Positions 1-9,243 of a stretch of 40,000 bases of DNA are shown here, in pieces. Position 1 is the stretch's first letter. Each line of letters starts with the position of its first letter. The stretch comes from Parvibaculales bacterium (lineage in GTDB: Bacteria; Pseudomonadota; Alphaproteobacteria; RS24). Position numbers and translations under genes: made by a program. The notes below the pieces were generated by a model that was not told the origin of the DNA, did not search any database, and worked only from the letters and a program-made list of their open reading frames with translations. The DNA is taken from assembly GCA_049890195.1 (NCBI GenBank), contig JBMHBY010000006.1, positions 219,453 to 259,452 on the forward strand, read 5' to 3'.

Positions 1-24
1 TAAAAAACGAATATTATGCACATT

Positions 25-53
25 TTTTAATCATACTTATTTAATGATTAAAA
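25..53. promoter_or_regulatory. 10-bp perfect inverted repeat TTTTAATCAT-N9-ATGATTAAAA in the AT-rich region upstream of the porin-glnK-amtB cluster
   Basis: Arms read directly at 25-34 and 44-53. It lies about 105 bp upstream of the sigma54-like motif. No known regulator consensus recognised. Confidence 0.2.
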
Positions 54-157
54 TTTAGTCATATTTCTTTTCGTGGTTTTTTTATTTTTCCGCCGGCCCA
101 GGGAGAAAACATAATATATACCATTATTATCAATGGCTTAAATTTTTTTTATTTTTT

Positions 158-172
158 TGGCACGTTTATTGT
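158..172 (+). promoter_or_regulatory. Candidate sigma54 (-24/-12) promoter TGGCAC-N5-TTGT
   Basis: TGGCACGTTTATTGT matches the TGGCAC-N5-TTGC consensus except for the last C. It sits about 50 nt upstream of the first gene of a nitrogen-related cluster. Confidence 0.4.
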
Positions 173-223
173 AAATGAGCAGCGGTTAACGTTTTTCAAA
201 GTGTAACAAGAAAGGAATCACCG

Positions 224-862
224 ATGAAAACAGCTACTAAATTTGCAGCAGCGCTTCTGGCCGGCTCAGTGCTTTCAGCACCCGCCATGGCGCAGGAGCT
301 ATCCTTCAACGCCGGCGTCACCAGCAATTACATTTGGCGCGGCATGACACAGACCAATGACAATCCAGCCTTCCAGGCCGGGGCGGATCTTGGCTTTGAC
401 AGCGGCTTTTACCTTGGTACATGGGCGTCAAACGTCGATTTTGGTGACGACACAAGCTATGAATGGGATGTGTATGGCGGCTATGCCGGCGAAGCGAACG
501 GCGTCAGCTATGACATCGGATATATCGCCTATATTTATGACGGCAATGAGGATCTCGATTTCGCCGAAGTCTATGCCAGCATCGGAGCAGGTGGCGTCTC
601 TTTCAGCTTGGCCTATCAGGTCGACAATGATGGTGATGAAGACTTGAACCACCTTTACTACAATCTCGGCTATGAAACCGAGGTCGGCGCCTATACGGTC
701 GGTGTGTCCGCCGGTATCTATGACTATGACGGTGACAATGCCGATGAGGTGAATGATTACGCCCTGACCATCTCCAAGGACGAATTCACGCTCGCCATCA
801 CCGATACGGACCTGTCAGGTGCTGATCCTGAAGTTTCCCTGTCATACGGCATCGAATTTTAA
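224..862 (+). CDS. Outer-membrane beta-barrel protein, TIGR02001 (Gcw_chp) family porin-like
   Basis: Signal peptide ending AMAQE. Motifs NYIWRGMTQT and YLGTWASNVDF, alternating aromatic/Gly beta-strand pattern, C-terminal F. It lies upstream of glnK-amtB, as is common for this family. Confidence 0.8.
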   Translation: MKTATKFAAALLAGSVLSAPAMAQELSFNAGVTSNYIWRGMTQTNDNPAFQAGADLGFDSGFYLGTWASNVDFGDDTSYEWDVYGGYAGEANGVSYDIGYIAYIYDGNEDLDFAEVYASIGAGGVSFSLAYQVDNDGDEDLNHLYYNLGYETEVGAYTVGVSAGIYDYDGDNADEVNDYALTISKDEFTLAITDTDLSGADPEVSLSYGIEF

Positions 863-875
863 TGCCACAAAAAAG

Positions 876-907
876 TACGGGCCATATGCGGCAACATATG
901 ACCCGTA
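876..907 (+). terminator. Hairpin between porin gene and glnK (13-bp stem with one C:A mismatch, 6-nt loop), possible attenuator or partial terminator
   Basis: TACGGGCCATATG cggcaa CATATGACCCGTA followed by TGTTCTT. The T-tract is weak. Confidence 0.3.
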
Positions 908-934
908 TGTTCTTGCGAACAGAAGGAGTTAACA

Positions 935-1273
935 ATGAAAATGCTCGTAGCCATTATCAAGCCCTTCAAACTAGACGATGTACGTGAAGCTCTGTCATCT
1001 GTCAATGTTGAAGGTGTGACGGTCACCGAAGTCAAAGGGTATGGCCGCCAAAAAGGGCAAACCGAAATATATCGGGGCGCCGAATATGAAATCAACTTTC
1101 TGCCGAAAATCAGGGTGGAAATCGCACTGGAAGACGATCAGGTGGACGCCGCCTCCGACGCAATAATCGAGGCGGCCAAAACCGGACAGATCGGTGACGG
1201 CAAGATTTTTGTCCTGCCGTTGGAAGCCGCAACCCGCATTCGCACAGGCGAAAGCGGCAGCGAAGCCATATAG
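935..1273 (+). CDS. glnK: Nitrogen regulatory protein P-II (GlnK)
   Basis: 112 aa. N-terminus MKMLVAIIKPFKLDDV, T-loop YRGAEY and C-terminal GDGKIFV motifs. RBS GAAGGAG precedes the start. Confidence 0.95.
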   Translation: MKMLVAIIKPFKLDDVREALSSVNVEGVTVTEVKGYGRQKGQTEIYRGAEYEINFLPKIRVEIALEDDQVDAASDAIIEAAKTGQIGDGKIFVLPLEAATRIRTGESGSEAI

Positions 1274-1283
1274 GAGTTCAGTC

Positions 1284-2585
1284 ATGTACAAATTCATTCA
1301 AAAATCATTATATGCCGGGCTTGGCCTGGCGACCGCCGCCCTGGCCGGTCCCGCTATGGCAGAAGTGCCAGGCGAGTCCGCCTATGTGTTCAACTCATTG
1401 CTGTTCCTGATGTGCGGTTTTCTGGTCATGTTCATGGCCGCCGGCTTCGCCATGCTGGAAAGCGGCATGGTGCGGGCCAAAAACGTCGCCACCATCTGCG
1501 TCAAGAACATCTCATTGTTCGGGATTGCCGGCATTCTCTACTATCTCGTCGGTTACAACCTGATGTATGACGGCGTGGATGGCGGCTATATGGGCAGCTT
1601 CTCCATCTGGGGACCTGACGACAGCGCCGCCATGGACGGCGACTTCAGCGGCGGTTATGCCGCCGGGTCAGACTGGTTCTTCCAGATGGTGTTTGTTGCC
1701 ACAGCCGCATCCATCGTGTCCGGCACACTGGCCGAACGCATCAAGCTGTGGAGCTTCCTGGCCTTTGTCGTCATTCTGACCGGCCTGATTTATCCGATTC
1801 AGGGCTCCTGGCAGTGGGGCGGCGGCTGGTTGTCTGAAGCCGGCTTCTCCGACTTTGCCGGTTCCACGCTCGTTCACTCTGTCGGCGGCTGGGCTGCTCT
1901 GGTCGGTGCCGTCATGCTTGGCGCGCGCGCCGGCAAATACGGCGAAGACGGACGGGTGAACCCGATTCAGGGCTCTTCCATGCCGTTGGCCACATTGGGC
2001 ACATTCATTCTGTGGCTCGGCTGGTTCGGCTTCAATGGCGGTTCCCAGCTTGCCATGGGGTCCGGCGCCGATGTTGTCGCCATCTCCCAGATCTTCATCA
2101 ACACCAACATGGCCGCCGCTGCCGGTGTGGTCGCCGCCATGGTCGCCACGCAGGTTCTGTATGGCAAAGTCGATCTGACAATGGCACTGAACGGCGCAAT
2201 CGGCGGTCTGGTGTCCATCACAGCTGAACCGCTGACCCCAACAGTCCCGATGGCCATGTTGATCGGCGCTGTCGGCGGCACACTGGTTGTTCTGGCCGTC
2301 CCCCTGCTGGACAAGTTCAAGATTGACGATGTGGTCGGTGCCATACCGGCCCACTTGGTCTGCGGCATCTGGGGCACAATGGCTGTCCCGCTGACCAATG
2401 ACGGCACCAGCTTTGCCACGCAAGCTCTGGGGGTTGCCTCCATCGGCGCCTTTGCCGTCATCATGAGCATCATCGCCTGGACTATCCTGAAATTCACCCT
2501 TGGCCTGCGGGTTACGGATGAAGAGGAATTGGACGGTCTGGACAAAACCGAACTCGGCATCGAAGCCTATCCTGAGTTCACATAA
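1284..2585 (+). CDS. amtB: Ammonium transporter AmtB
   Basis: Multi-TM protein with Amt signatures (AGFAMLESG, VHSVGGWAAL, WFGFNGGS). I chose the internal ATG at 1284, 10 nt after the glnK stop, rather than the ORF-track start at 1194, which overlaps glnK. Confidence 0.93.
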   Translation: MYKFIQKSLYAGLGLATAALAGPAMAEVPGESAYVFNSLLFLMCGFLVMFMAAGFAMLESGMVRAKNVATICVKNISLFGIAGILYYLVGYNLMYDGVDGGYMGSFSIWGPDDSAAMDGDFSGGYAAGSDWFFQMVFVATAASIVSGTLAERIKLWSFLAFVVILTGLIYPIQGSWQWGGGWLSEAGFSDFAGSTLVHSVGGWAALVGAVMLGARAGKYGEDGRVNPIQGSSMPLATLGTFILWLGWFGFNGGSQLAMGSGADVVAISQIFINTNMAAAAGVVAAMVATQVLYGKVDLTMALNGAIGGLVSITAEPLTPTVPMAMLIGAVGGTLVVLAVPLLDKFKIDDVVGAIPAHLVCGIWGTMAVPLTNDGTSFATQALGVASIGAFAVIMSIIAWTILKFTLGLRVTDEEELDGLDKTELGIEAYPEFT

Positions 2586-2610
2586 TAATAAACTCCTTGT
2601 AGTCAACTCC

Positions 2611-2643
2611 AGCCCCGGGCACCTCCCGCCCGGGGCTTTTTTG
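2611..2643 (+). terminator. Rho-independent terminator after amtB
   Basis: AGCCCCGGG - loop - CCCGGGGCT followed by TTTTTT. Confidence 0.8.
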
Positions 2644-2724
2644 TCTGCATTTCTCTCTTGACCTGATTGCGCTATCTGTCTAAGGGGCGGATTAGAAAAT
2701 TATTCCGTTTATCAGGCGACATGT

Positions 2725-4608
2725 ATGGATCAGCAAGCGGACATTTACGGCATTGAAAAATGGGGGACCGGCTTCGTCACAACCCTGCCCAACGGGAATT
2801 TGGGGCTGCGCCATCCCGGGCATCCTGACGGGGCCGCCGTCGACATGACCCAGATCCTCAGCCACCTGACCAATCGGGGCATCTCGGCGCCAATCCTGTT
2901 GCGGGTCAGCAATTTTCTGCAGCACCGCATTGAGCAGATCAACCTGGCTTTTCAAAACGCCATCGAACAACTCGGCTATCAGGGGCACTATCAGGGCGTA
3001 TTTCCGGTCAAGGTCAACCAGCAGGCGCAGGTGATCGAACGCATTGTTGATTTCGGTCGCCCGTTTGAGTTCGGATTGGAGGTCGGCTCCAAGGCGGAAT
3101 TGCTGATCGCCCTGTCGCAGGACCTCCCGGATGCGGCCGCCGTCGTCTGCAACGGGGTCAAGGATGATGAATTCCTGCGGCTTGCCCTGATGTCGCAACG
3201 CCTAGGCTTCAACACATTCATTGTCCTGGAAAGCCCGCGTGAGCTGGATATGGTGCTGGACCTGGCCGATACGCTTGGCGTGCGTCCCCAGCTTGGGGTC
3301 CGCATCAAGCTCACCAACCGGGTCAGCGGCAAGTGGTCCCAATCCAGCGGCGACCGCAGCACATTCGGCATGACCATTGCACAAATCATGGATGTGGTCT
3401 CGACATTGCGTGCGCGGGGCTACCTTGATTGTCTGGTGCTGCAACATTCGCATCTCGGCAGTCAGGTGCCCAACATTATTGAAATCCGTATGGCGACGCA
3501 GGAGGCCTGCCGATTTTTTGCCGAGCTGAACAAAGAGGGCGCACCACTCAAATTTCTTGATCTGGGCGGCGGTCTTGGCGTCGATTACACTGGTGAGCAG
3601 ACCGACAGCGCCAACTCAGCCAACTATACTTTGCAGGAATACTGCCTCAACATCATCGAGACGGTGACGTATGAAATGACCGAAAATGGTCTGCCGCACC
3701 CGGTCATCCTGACCGAAAGCGGCCGCGCCTGTGTCGCCCAATCCTCGATGTTGCTGTTTAATGTGCTTGAGGCCACCCACTATGACAGCCAGACCGCAGT
3801 TCCGCCTGAACCGGGGGACCATCCATTGCTGGAAAACATGTATGCGGTGGAGAAATACCTGACAGCGGAGCGGGTGCAGGAATGCTGGAATGATCTGCTG
3901 TTTTACCGCGATGAAATGCGGGCCCTGTTCCGGCGCAACCAGACCAGCCTGGCCATGACCGCCAAGGCGGAAAAACTCTACCTTTATTACATGGGCAAGA
4001 TCAAACCCCTGCTCAACGGTCTGGAGGATATCAATGATGATCTGCGTGATGCGCTCGACCGCGTATCCGACATCTATCATTGTAATTTTTCCCTGTTTCA
4101 AAGCCTGCCGGATGTCTGGGCGATTGACCAGATCCACCCGATTGCACCCATCAGCCGGCATGATGAAAAACCGACGCGCAATGTCATTTTGAGCGACATC
4201 ACCTGCGACAGTGACGGCAAAATCGACCGTTTTGTCCTCGGCAACGGGATCTCCAGAACCCTGCCGGTTCATGAAACAGATGATAAGGGGGATTATTACC
4301 TCTGTGTGTTTTTTATCGGCGCCTATCAGGAAACCCTTGGCGACCTGCACAATCTGTTCGGTGACACCAATGTCGTGACGATTGAGTTGGACGGGGACGG
4401 CGGCTTTGAACTGGTGCATGAATTGGAGGGCGACACGGTTGAGCAGGTTTTGAGTTATGTGGAATACGACCCGAAGCAGATGATTGATGATTTCAAGAAA
4501 ATCGCTGAAAAAGGGGTGAAACGCGGGCACATCACAGCGGCGGACCGGCGCGACGTCATCCGGGATTTCAAGGACAGCATTCAGGGCTACACTTATTATG
4601 AACCCTGA
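2725..4608 (+). CDS. speA: Biosynthetic arginine decarboxylase
   Basis: 627 aa. PLP-Lys motif FPVKVNQQ, GGGLGVDY, and C-terminal features typical of SpeA. Confidence 0.9.
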   Translation: MDQQADIYGIEKWGTGFVTTLPNGNLGLRHPGHPDGAAVDMTQILSHLTNRGISAPILLRVSNFLQHRIEQINLAFQNAIEQLGYQGHYQGVFPVKVNQQAQVIERIVDFGRPFEFGLEVGSKAELLIALSQDLPDAAAVVCNGVKDDEFLRLALMSQRLGFNTFIVLESPRELDMVLDLADTLGVRPQLGVRIKLTNRVSGKWSQSSGDRSTFGMTIAQIMDVVSTLRARGYLDCLVLQHSHLGSQVPNIIEIRMATQEACRFFAELNKEGAPLKFLDLGGGLGVDYTGEQTDSANSANYTLQEYCLNIIETVTYEMTENGLPHPVILTESGRACVAQSSMLLFNVLEATHYDSQTAVPPEPGDHPLLENMYAVEKYLTAERVQECWNDLLFYRDEMRALFRRNQTSLAMTAKAEKLYLYYMGKIKPLLNGLEDINDDLRDALDRVSDIYHCNFSLFQSLPDVWAIDQIHPIAPISRHDEKPTRNVILSDITCDSDGKIDRFVLGNGISRTLPVHETDDKGDYYLCVFFIGAYQETLGDLHNLFGDTNVVTIELDGDGGFELVHELEGDTVEQVLSYVEYDPKQMIDDFKKIAEKGVKRGHITAADRRDVIRDFKDSIQGYTYYEP

Positions 4609-4628
4609 TCAAACAAGGAGGCACAGTC

Positions 4629-5846
4629 ATGTCTAACATATTGGTGATTGGCGCCGGGGGCGTCGGATCCGTCGCGGTTCATAAAATGGCCATGCACAGT
4701 GAAATTTTCACCAACATCACGCTCGCCAGCCGGCGTATCGCCAAATGCGACGCCATCGCAAAAAGCGTTCATCAACGTTGCGGCGTGACCATCCGCACGG
4801 CGGAACTGGACGCCGACGATGTTGACCAGACCATCCGGCTGATTGAAAACGTCCAACCGGCACTGGTGGTCAATCTGGCGCTGCCTTATCAGGATTTGGC
4901 CATTATGGATGCCTGTCTCGCCACAGGTGTGCATTATCTTGACACGGCCAATTATGAACCGCGGGACGAAGCCAAATTCGAATATCATTGGCAATGGGCC
5001 TATCAGGAGCGGTTTGAGCAGGCCGGCCTGATGGCGCTGCTGGGGTCCGGCTTTGATCCGGGCGTCACCAATGTGTTCACGGCCCATGTCGCCAAGCACT
5101 GTCTGGACGAACTGCACAGCCTTGACATTCTGGACTGTAATGGCGGCGACCACGGGCAGCATTTTGCGACCAATTTCAATCCGGAAATCAACATTCGCGA
5201 AGTCACCGCCAATGCCCGTCATTGGGAAAAGCATGACGGTGTGGGCGGCTGGGTTGAAAGCCCGGCCCTGTCCTACAAACAGGCTTTTGATTTTCCCGGA
5301 ATCGGCATGCGCAACATGTATCTGATGTATCATGAGGAACTGGAAAGCCTGTCGAAAAATTACCCCTCCCTCAATCGCGCACGCTTCTGGATGACCTTCG
5401 GCGACGCCTATCTCAAGCATCTGGAGGTGTTGCAGAATGTCGGCATGACATCGATAGAGCCGGTTCTTTATGAGGGCCGTGAGATTGTGCCCTTACAATT
5501 CCTCAAGGCGGTGCTGCCGGAACCGGCCAGCTTGGGCGAGAGCACCACAGGGAAAACCTGCATCGGCAACATCATCACCGGCCTGAAGGACGGCCGGGAA
5601 AGAACCTTTTATGTGTATAATATTTGTGACCATGAGCAGTGTTTTGATGAAGTCGGCGCGCAGGCGGTCAGCTACACGACCGGGGTGCCGGCCATGATCG
5701 GTGCAGCCCTGATGCTGCAGGGCGTTTGGGACAAAAAGGGTGTGGTCAATATGGAGGAACTGGATCCGGATCCGTTCATGGCCATGCTCAGTGAAAACGG
5801 CCTGCCATGGTGTTTGGAGGAACTGGACGCACCCGTCGGTTTCTGA
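4629..5846 (+). CDS. Carboxynorspermidine/carboxyspermidine dehydrogenase (saccharopine dehydrogenase family)
   Basis: 405 aa. N-terminal Rossmann motif ILVIGAGGVGSV. Length and the adjacent nspC-type decarboxylase fit this family. Confidence 0.85.
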   Translation: MSNILVIGAGGVGSVAVHKMAMHSEIFTNITLASRRIAKCDAIAKSVHQRCGVTIRTAELDADDVDQTIRLIENVQPALVVNLALPYQDLAIMDACLATGVHYLDTANYEPRDEAKFEYHWQWAYQERFEQAGLMALLGSGFDPGVTNVFTAHVAKHCLDELHSLDILDCNGGDHGQHFATNFNPEINIREVTANARHWEKHDGVGGWVESPALSYKQAFDFPGIGMRNMYLMYHEELESLSKNYPSLNRARFWMTFGDAYLKHLEVLQNVGMTSIEPVLYEGREIVPLQFLKAVLPEPASLGESTTGKTCIGNIITGLKDGRERTFYVYNICDHEQCFDEVGAQAVSYTTGVPAMIGAALMLQGVWDKKGVVNMEELDPDPFMAMLSENGLPWCLEELDAPVGF

Positions 5847-5870
5847 CCGGCGGTTCGACAGGTGAAGACC

Positions 5871-7031
5871 ATGATGTCAACAAAATCCCACAGTGCCGGG
5901 CAGTTTGCAAAATTTGATTTGGCGCGGGTGCCCAGCCCCTGTTTTGTCATTGACGAGGTGGCGGTGGAACGCAATCTGGACATCCTGTCCACACTCGCAA
6001 CCGACAGCGGGTGTAAAATTTTGGGGGCACTCAAGGCATTTTCCTTTTGGCGTCTGGCACCCCTGATGGCGCAGCATTTGGCGGGCACCTGTGCCTCCGG
6101 CCTGTGGGAGGCGCAACTGGCCGACAAACATTATGACGGTCTGGTGGAGACATTTGCTCCGGCTTACAAGGCGTCCGAAATCGACGACATTGCCTGCCTG
6201 TCCGACCATGTGGTCTTCAACACACCGGCGCAGCTGGCAACATTCGGCGCGAAGGCGAAGGCGCAGGGCGCATCGCTCGGCCTGCGGATCAATCCGGAAC
6301 ATTCCGAGGGTCTGGTGGGAAAATACGACCCCTGCGCCCCCGGCTCACGGCTTGGCTGGCCGGTCTCCAAGCTGACACCCGAACATGTCGCCATGGTGGA
6401 CGGTCTGCATTTGCACACCTTATGCGAACAGGGCTTTGACCCTTTGCAGCGCACATGGGCGGCCATTGAGACAAAACTCCTGCCCTTTGCCGGTCAACTG
6501 AAATGGCTGAATCTCGGCGGCGGTCATTTGATAACCGCCCCTGATTATGACCGCCCGGCCCTGACCGGGTTTTTACGGAGTCTGGGCACCACCATGCAGG
6601 CGCAGATTTATCTGGAACCGGGCACGGCCATCGCATTTGACGCCGGCATTCTGGTCGGCGAAGTTTTGGATGTCATGGAGAATGACGGCCCGAACGCCAT
6701 TCTGGATGTGTCGGCCACCTGCCACATGCCGGATGTGCTAGAGGCACCCTACCGCCCGGCTTTGCTGGGGGAAAGCGCACAGGGCGTCAAAATCCGGCTG
6801 GGCGGGCCGAGTTGTCTGGCCGGCGACGTCATCGGGGTTTACGGGTTTGACGACGTACCAACCCCGGGCCAACGCCTCGCTTTTTTGGATCAGGCGCATT
6901 ACTCAATGGTCAAAACGACCACATTCAATGGTGTTCAGCTTCCCGGCCTGGCATTGTGGAACAGTGATACGGACGCCCTGGAAATCGTCAAAACCTTCAA
7001 CTTTCAGGATTTCGAGGCGCGCTTGTCATGA
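5871..7031 (+). CDS. nspC: Carboxynorspermidine/carboxyspermidine decarboxylase
   Basis: PLP-dependent decarboxylase fold (GALKAFS, LNLGGGH). I preferred the ATG at 5871, which follows AGGTGA, over the GTG at 5862. The stop overlaps the next start. Confidence 0.85.
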   Translation: MMSTKSHSAGQFAKFDLARVPSPCFVIDEVAVERNLDILSTLATDSGCKILGALKAFSFWRLAPLMAQHLAGTCASGLWEAQLADKHYDGLVETFAPAYKASEIDDIACLSDHVVFNTPAQLATFGAKAKAQGASLGLRINPEHSEGLVGKYDPCAPGSRLGWPVSKLTPEHVAMVDGLHLHTLCEQGFDPLQRTWAAIETKLLPFAGQLKWLNLGGGHLITAPDYDRPALTGFLRSLGTTMQAQIYLEPGTAIAFDAGILVGEVLDVMENDGPNAILDVSATCHMPDVLEAPYRPALLGESAQGVKIRLGGPSCLAGDVIGVYGFDDVPTPGQRLAFLDQAHYSMVKTTTFNGVQLPGLALWNSDTDALEIVKTFNFQDFEARLS

Positions 7032-7900
7032 CATCAAACAACCTGTTGAACCAGTTTTTGGGCGAGGAACTGACGGAAAAAGAAAACCGGCCCGATACGG
7101 CCCGCTTTCAGGTCATCCCCTGCGGGTTGGAAAAAACCGTCTCCTACGGTACCGGAACGGCGCAGGGTCCAGCCGCCATGATTGCCGCCAGTCATCAGCT
7201 TGAACGGCTGTTTGAGGGCATGGAACCGGCAAGTGAGGGCATCTACACCCACTCGCCGGTGGACTGCAGCGCGCCGATTGAGCAGGTGATGAAGGATCTG
7301 CGGCGCCTGACGGCAGACATTGCGGCGCGCAACCAGATCCCGGTCACGCTCGGTGGGGAACATTCCTTGTCTTTCGGCGCGGTGATGGGGGTTGTGGATG
7401 CCCTGCAAAAACCTGTCGGACTGGTGCATGTTGACGCCCATGCCGATTTCCGCGACGCCTATCAGGGGCACAAGCACTCTCATGCCAGCGTGATGAATCT
7501 GCTCGCCAAGGAGGGCCTGCCGATGGCAAGCTTCGGGGTGCGTGCCTTGTCGCGCGAGGAGGAGGATGCACGCCGCGCCCATGGCGTCATCACCCATGAC
7601 GCCGCTGCGCTTGTGCGCAACAACATCGCCTGCGTGGAACTGCCGGCGGACTTTCCTGAAAATGTTTATGTGACATTCGACCTGGACGGGCTTGACCCAA
7701 GTGTCCTGCCGGCCACCGGCACCCCGGTTCCGGGTGGTCTTGGCTATTATCAGGCACTTGATCTGGTCCGCACCAGTCTGGCCGGACGCCATTGTGTCGG
7801 CATTGATGTGGTAGAGCTTGCGCCCGCTTCGGGCCAGACCTATAGTGATTTCACCGCCGCGCAAATCTGTTATGCGCTCATGGGATATGCAGTTTTTTGA
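7028..7900 (+). CDS. speB: Agmatinase (ureohydrolase family)
   Basis: Mn-binding motifs GGEHS, HVDAHADFRD and FDLDGLDPS. ATGA overlap with nspC. The operon context with speA supports the call. Confidence 0.8.
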   Translation: MTSNNLLNQFLGEELTEKENRPDTARFQVIPCGLEKTVSYGTGTAQGPAAMIAASHQLERLFEGMEPASEGIYTHSPVDCSAPIEQVMKDLRRLTADIAARNQIPVTLGGEHSLSFGAVMGVVDALQKPVGLVHVDAHADFRDAYQGHKHSHASVMNLLAKEGLPMASFGVRALSREEEDARRAHGVITHDAAALVRNNIACVELPADFPENVYVTFDLDGLDPSVLPATGTPVPGGLGYYQALDLVRTSLAGRHCVGIDVVELAPASGQTYSDFTAAQICYALMGYAVF

Positions 7901-7924
7901 GTATGATTAGTTAAGGGGGCCAGC

Positions 7925-9217
7925 ATGGTCGAGTCCAAAAATCCAGAAACCATCGTTCTTCATTCCGGCTGGCGCAACGACCCGACCACGGGGTCTGTTG
8001 CGGTCCCGATCCATCAGACGACCAGTTACCAGTTCAACGACACAGACCATGCCTCCAACCTGTTTGCCCTGTCGGAGCTCGGCAACATCTACACCCGCCT
8101 GATGAACCCGACGACCGATGTGCTGGAACAGCGTGTCGCGGCCCTTGAGGGCGGGGCAGCGGCACTTGGGGTCGCCTCCGGGCAGACGGCCTCGGCCATG
8201 GCCATCCAGAACATTGCGCGGGCCGGCGACAACATTGTCTCCTCCACCGACCTTTATGGCGGCACCTGGAACCTGTTTTCCAACACGCTGAAAGATATGG
8301 GGATTGAGGTGCGGTTTGTGGACCCCGCCGACCCGGAAGCGTTTGAGAAGGCCACGGATGAGAAGACCCGCGCCTATTACGCCGAAACCCTGCCAAACCC
8401 CAAGCTGCAGGTTTTCCCGATCAAGGCCGTTTCTGAGATCGGCCGCAAGCACGGCATTCCGTTGATTATGGACAATACCGCCGCGCCCGTCATCTGCAAA
8501 CCCTTCGACCACGGTGCCGCCATCATTGTTTACAGCTCAACCAAATATATCGGCGGTCACGGCACCTCCATTGGCGGCCTGATTGTGGACGGCGGCAATT
8601 TCGACTGGGAGGGTGCCGGCCAGCGCCAGCCCATGCTCAACAATCCGGACCCGTCCTATCATGGTGCCGTCTGGACCGAGGCCGTCAAGCCGCTCGGCCC
8701 GATTGCTTATATCCTGAAAGCCCGTACGACCCTGCTGCGCGATCTGGGCGGGGCCATGAGCCCGTTCAACGCCTTCATGTTCCTGCAGGGCATGGAGACC
8801 CTGCCGCTGCGCATGAGGGCGCATTGCGAAAACGCCAATGCCGTTGCCACCTTCCTGAAGGAGCAGCCACAGGTCACATCGGTGATCCATCCGAGCCTGA
8901 TGGATGGCGAATACCGCAAACGGGCCGATGACGTTCTGTCCGGCGGCTATGGCGCCCTGCTCGGCTTTGAGCTGGCCGGCGGTGTTGAAGCCGGCAAAGC
9001 CTTCATCAATGCACTGGAACTGCTGTACCATGTGGCCAATATCGGAGATGCCCGCTCGCTCGCCATCCACCCCGCAAGCACGACCCACAGCCAGCTGAAC
9101 GCCGACGAACAGCTGGCCTCTGGCGTGACACCCGGCTATGTCCGCCTGTCCATCGGCATTGAGCATATTGACGATATTCTGGCTGATATTACACAGGCTT
9201 TGAAAGCGGCCGGCTGA
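7925..9217 (+). CDS. metY: O-acetylhomoserine aminocarboxypropyltransferase/sulfhydrylase
   Basis: 430 aa. HQTTSYQF, NIYTRLMNPT and PLP-Lys SSTKYIGGHG motifs. Confidence 0.9.
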   Translation: MVESKNPETIVLHSGWRNDPTTGSVAVPIHQTTSYQFNDTDHASNLFALSELGNIYTRLMNPTTDVLEQRVAALEGGAAALGVASGQTASAMAIQNIARAGDNIVSSTDLYGGTWNLFSNTLKDMGIEVRFVDPADPEAFEKATDEKTRAYYAETLPNPKLQVFPIKAVSEIGRKHGIPLIMDNTAAPVICKPFDHGAAIIVYSSTKYIGGHGTSIGGLIVDGGNFDWEGAGQRQPMLNNPDPSYHGAVWTEAVKPLGPIAYILKARTTLLRDLGGAMSPFNAFMFLQGMETLPLRMRAHCENANAVATFLKEQPQVTSVIHPSLMDGEYRKRADDVLSGGYGALLGFELAGGVEAGKAFINALELLYHVANIGDARSLAIHPASTTHSQLNADEQLASGVTPGYVRLSIGIEHIDDILADITQALKAAG

Positions 9218-9243
9218 AGCCGGAACCATCAAGGGGGTATTGC

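Noticed and set aside
1668-2606. Long antisense ORFs opposite well-supported genes. Examples are 1668-2606, 3616-4530, 4596-5420, 7034-7864, 7907-8512, 8537-9232, 25832-26935, 33826-34908 and 36103-36948.
   Set aside because: Each lies entirely opposite a gene with strong family motifs. Their translations are Arg/Gly/Ala/Pro-rich with no motifs, as expected for shadow ORFs in GC-rich coding DNA.
2650-2724. Sigma70 promoter for speA (TTGACC-N17-TAAGGG)
   Set aside because: The -10 is too poor to support from sequence alone, so it is not reported as a feature.
7901-7924. SAM riboswitch upstream of metY
   Set aside because: The intergenic space is only 24 nt, too short for any known riboswitch. 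metY appears to be co-transcribed with, or closely follows, the polyamine operon.
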